Positions 31,782-32,545 of a DNA stretch of 32,545 bases are shown piece by piece. The stretch comes from Craspedostauros australis (taxonomy: Eukaryota). The notes below the pieces were generated by a model. That model was given only the letters and a program-made list of their open reading frames with translations, was not told the origin of the DNA and ran no database searches. The translations under genes were made by a program, and so were the position numbers. Every line of letters starts with the position of its first letter. Position 1 is the stretch's first letter. Location: positions 1 to 32,545 of the forward strand of contig JALAGF010002287.1 in NCBI GenBank assembly GCA_030167865.1, in the 5' to 3' direction.

Positions 31782-31930
31782 AATAATACTATCCAGCTCG
31801 TGTTCAGATGCACTCAGCAGCACTTTGATGAAGCCACAGGTGGGCTGAAGCTGTTGCATGCTGTTGCAGGCAGGCACTCTGGGGACTGACTCCACACCGA
31901 ATGGATCGAACAGGGGATAGAAGTGTACCA

Positions 31931-32545
31931 TAATAATAATAATAACGCACTGATTATCCCCTCCCACGAGGGTTGCCTCGAAAGCTTTAACGTCGCCGGC
32001 ATACAGCGAGCCCTCACGGGCCGACTGCGCTCGAACGACCTACCTAGATCCCTCACATCTTGGTCTACCATGGTTTGCCAACTCCACGGGCCATCAAACA
32101 TACCGCACTGGGCACCCAGCTGTCACTGTAGCGCACTTCACACTCATTTTTCTGTTGTCACGAAAGCCGTCTTCGCCGGGCCCTGCGACCTGTCGCATCC
32201 TGCCTTGCTCCGCCGCCTTTCCGCTTGCGATGCCGTGGGGTGTGGGCGAGTGCACGTCGCCGCAATCCTGCTTGCCTGGCCGCCCGTACATGCCGCACCC
32301 ACAACATCTGGTTCTCCGCCGGTTGCGCTCGTACCGCTGCCTCCGTTGTGTGAGTCAGCAGGCGAACGTCATCGCCGCCGATCCCTTGCACTCCTTGTCG
32401 CCACTCTTCTCGGACTGCTATCGCGGCCTCCTGCCATATCATAGCCGCCATGGTTGCCTTCTCGCTGTCATGGAGCACCTTGTTGCGTGCCATCCACGCC
32501 TTCCATCGCACTTCCCACAAACCCACCATTGCCCTTGCGATCCAA
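31931..32545 (-). mobile_element. 3' end of a non-LTR retrotransposon (Ambal-like LINE), cut by the window edge
   Basis: Frame open from the edge to TGA at 32158: WIARAMVGLWEVRWKAWMARNKVLH...VREEWRQG...QMLWVRHVRAAR, the W..LW...W..W..RN..LH / W...V..AR pattern of diatom LINE ORF2 C-termini; about 210-nt 3' UTR and a (TTA)5 tail at 31945-31931. No RT domain inside the window. Confidence 0.7.

Noticed and set aside
31825..31850. SECIS element
   Set aside because: The helix between ATGA and GA is only 4 bp, there is no apical AA, and no + strand selenoprotein lies upstream.

Overview
Eukaryotic, gene-dense DNA, most likely from a diatom (short GT-AG introns, A/C-rich leaders, a tandem helicase-associated-domain protein, an ASAF-type targeting motif and an Ambal-like LINE). 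No tools were used, so all family calls come from motif recognition by eye. Left to right: two 88-aa signal-peptide microproteins with C-terminal Cys pairs; a 3-exon kinesin-5 (-) divergent from a PARP-type zinc finger + HRDC protein (+); a two-HA-domain protein (+); a low-complexity membrane-anchored protein (-); a CpG-depleted island and a 54-bp tandem repeat whose variants preserve a hairpin; a 2-exon secreted zinc-metallopeptidase homologue that lacks HExxH (+); two tandem GT10 fucosyltransferase-like genes (-), one with a 1-nt frameshift; an ankyrin-repeat protein (+); a MAPEG protein (+); an F-box-like protein (-); a 2-exon sigma-like GST (+); a beta-helix/Zn-finger/WWE protein (-); and the 3' end of a non-LTR retrotransposon (-) next to a degenerate hammerhead-like motif. 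Best leads for new biology: the paired Cys-microprotein genes, the structure-preserving 54-bp repeat, the pseudo-protease and the CHR/MYB-like kinesin-5 promoter. No rRNA, tRNA or CRISPR array was seen.
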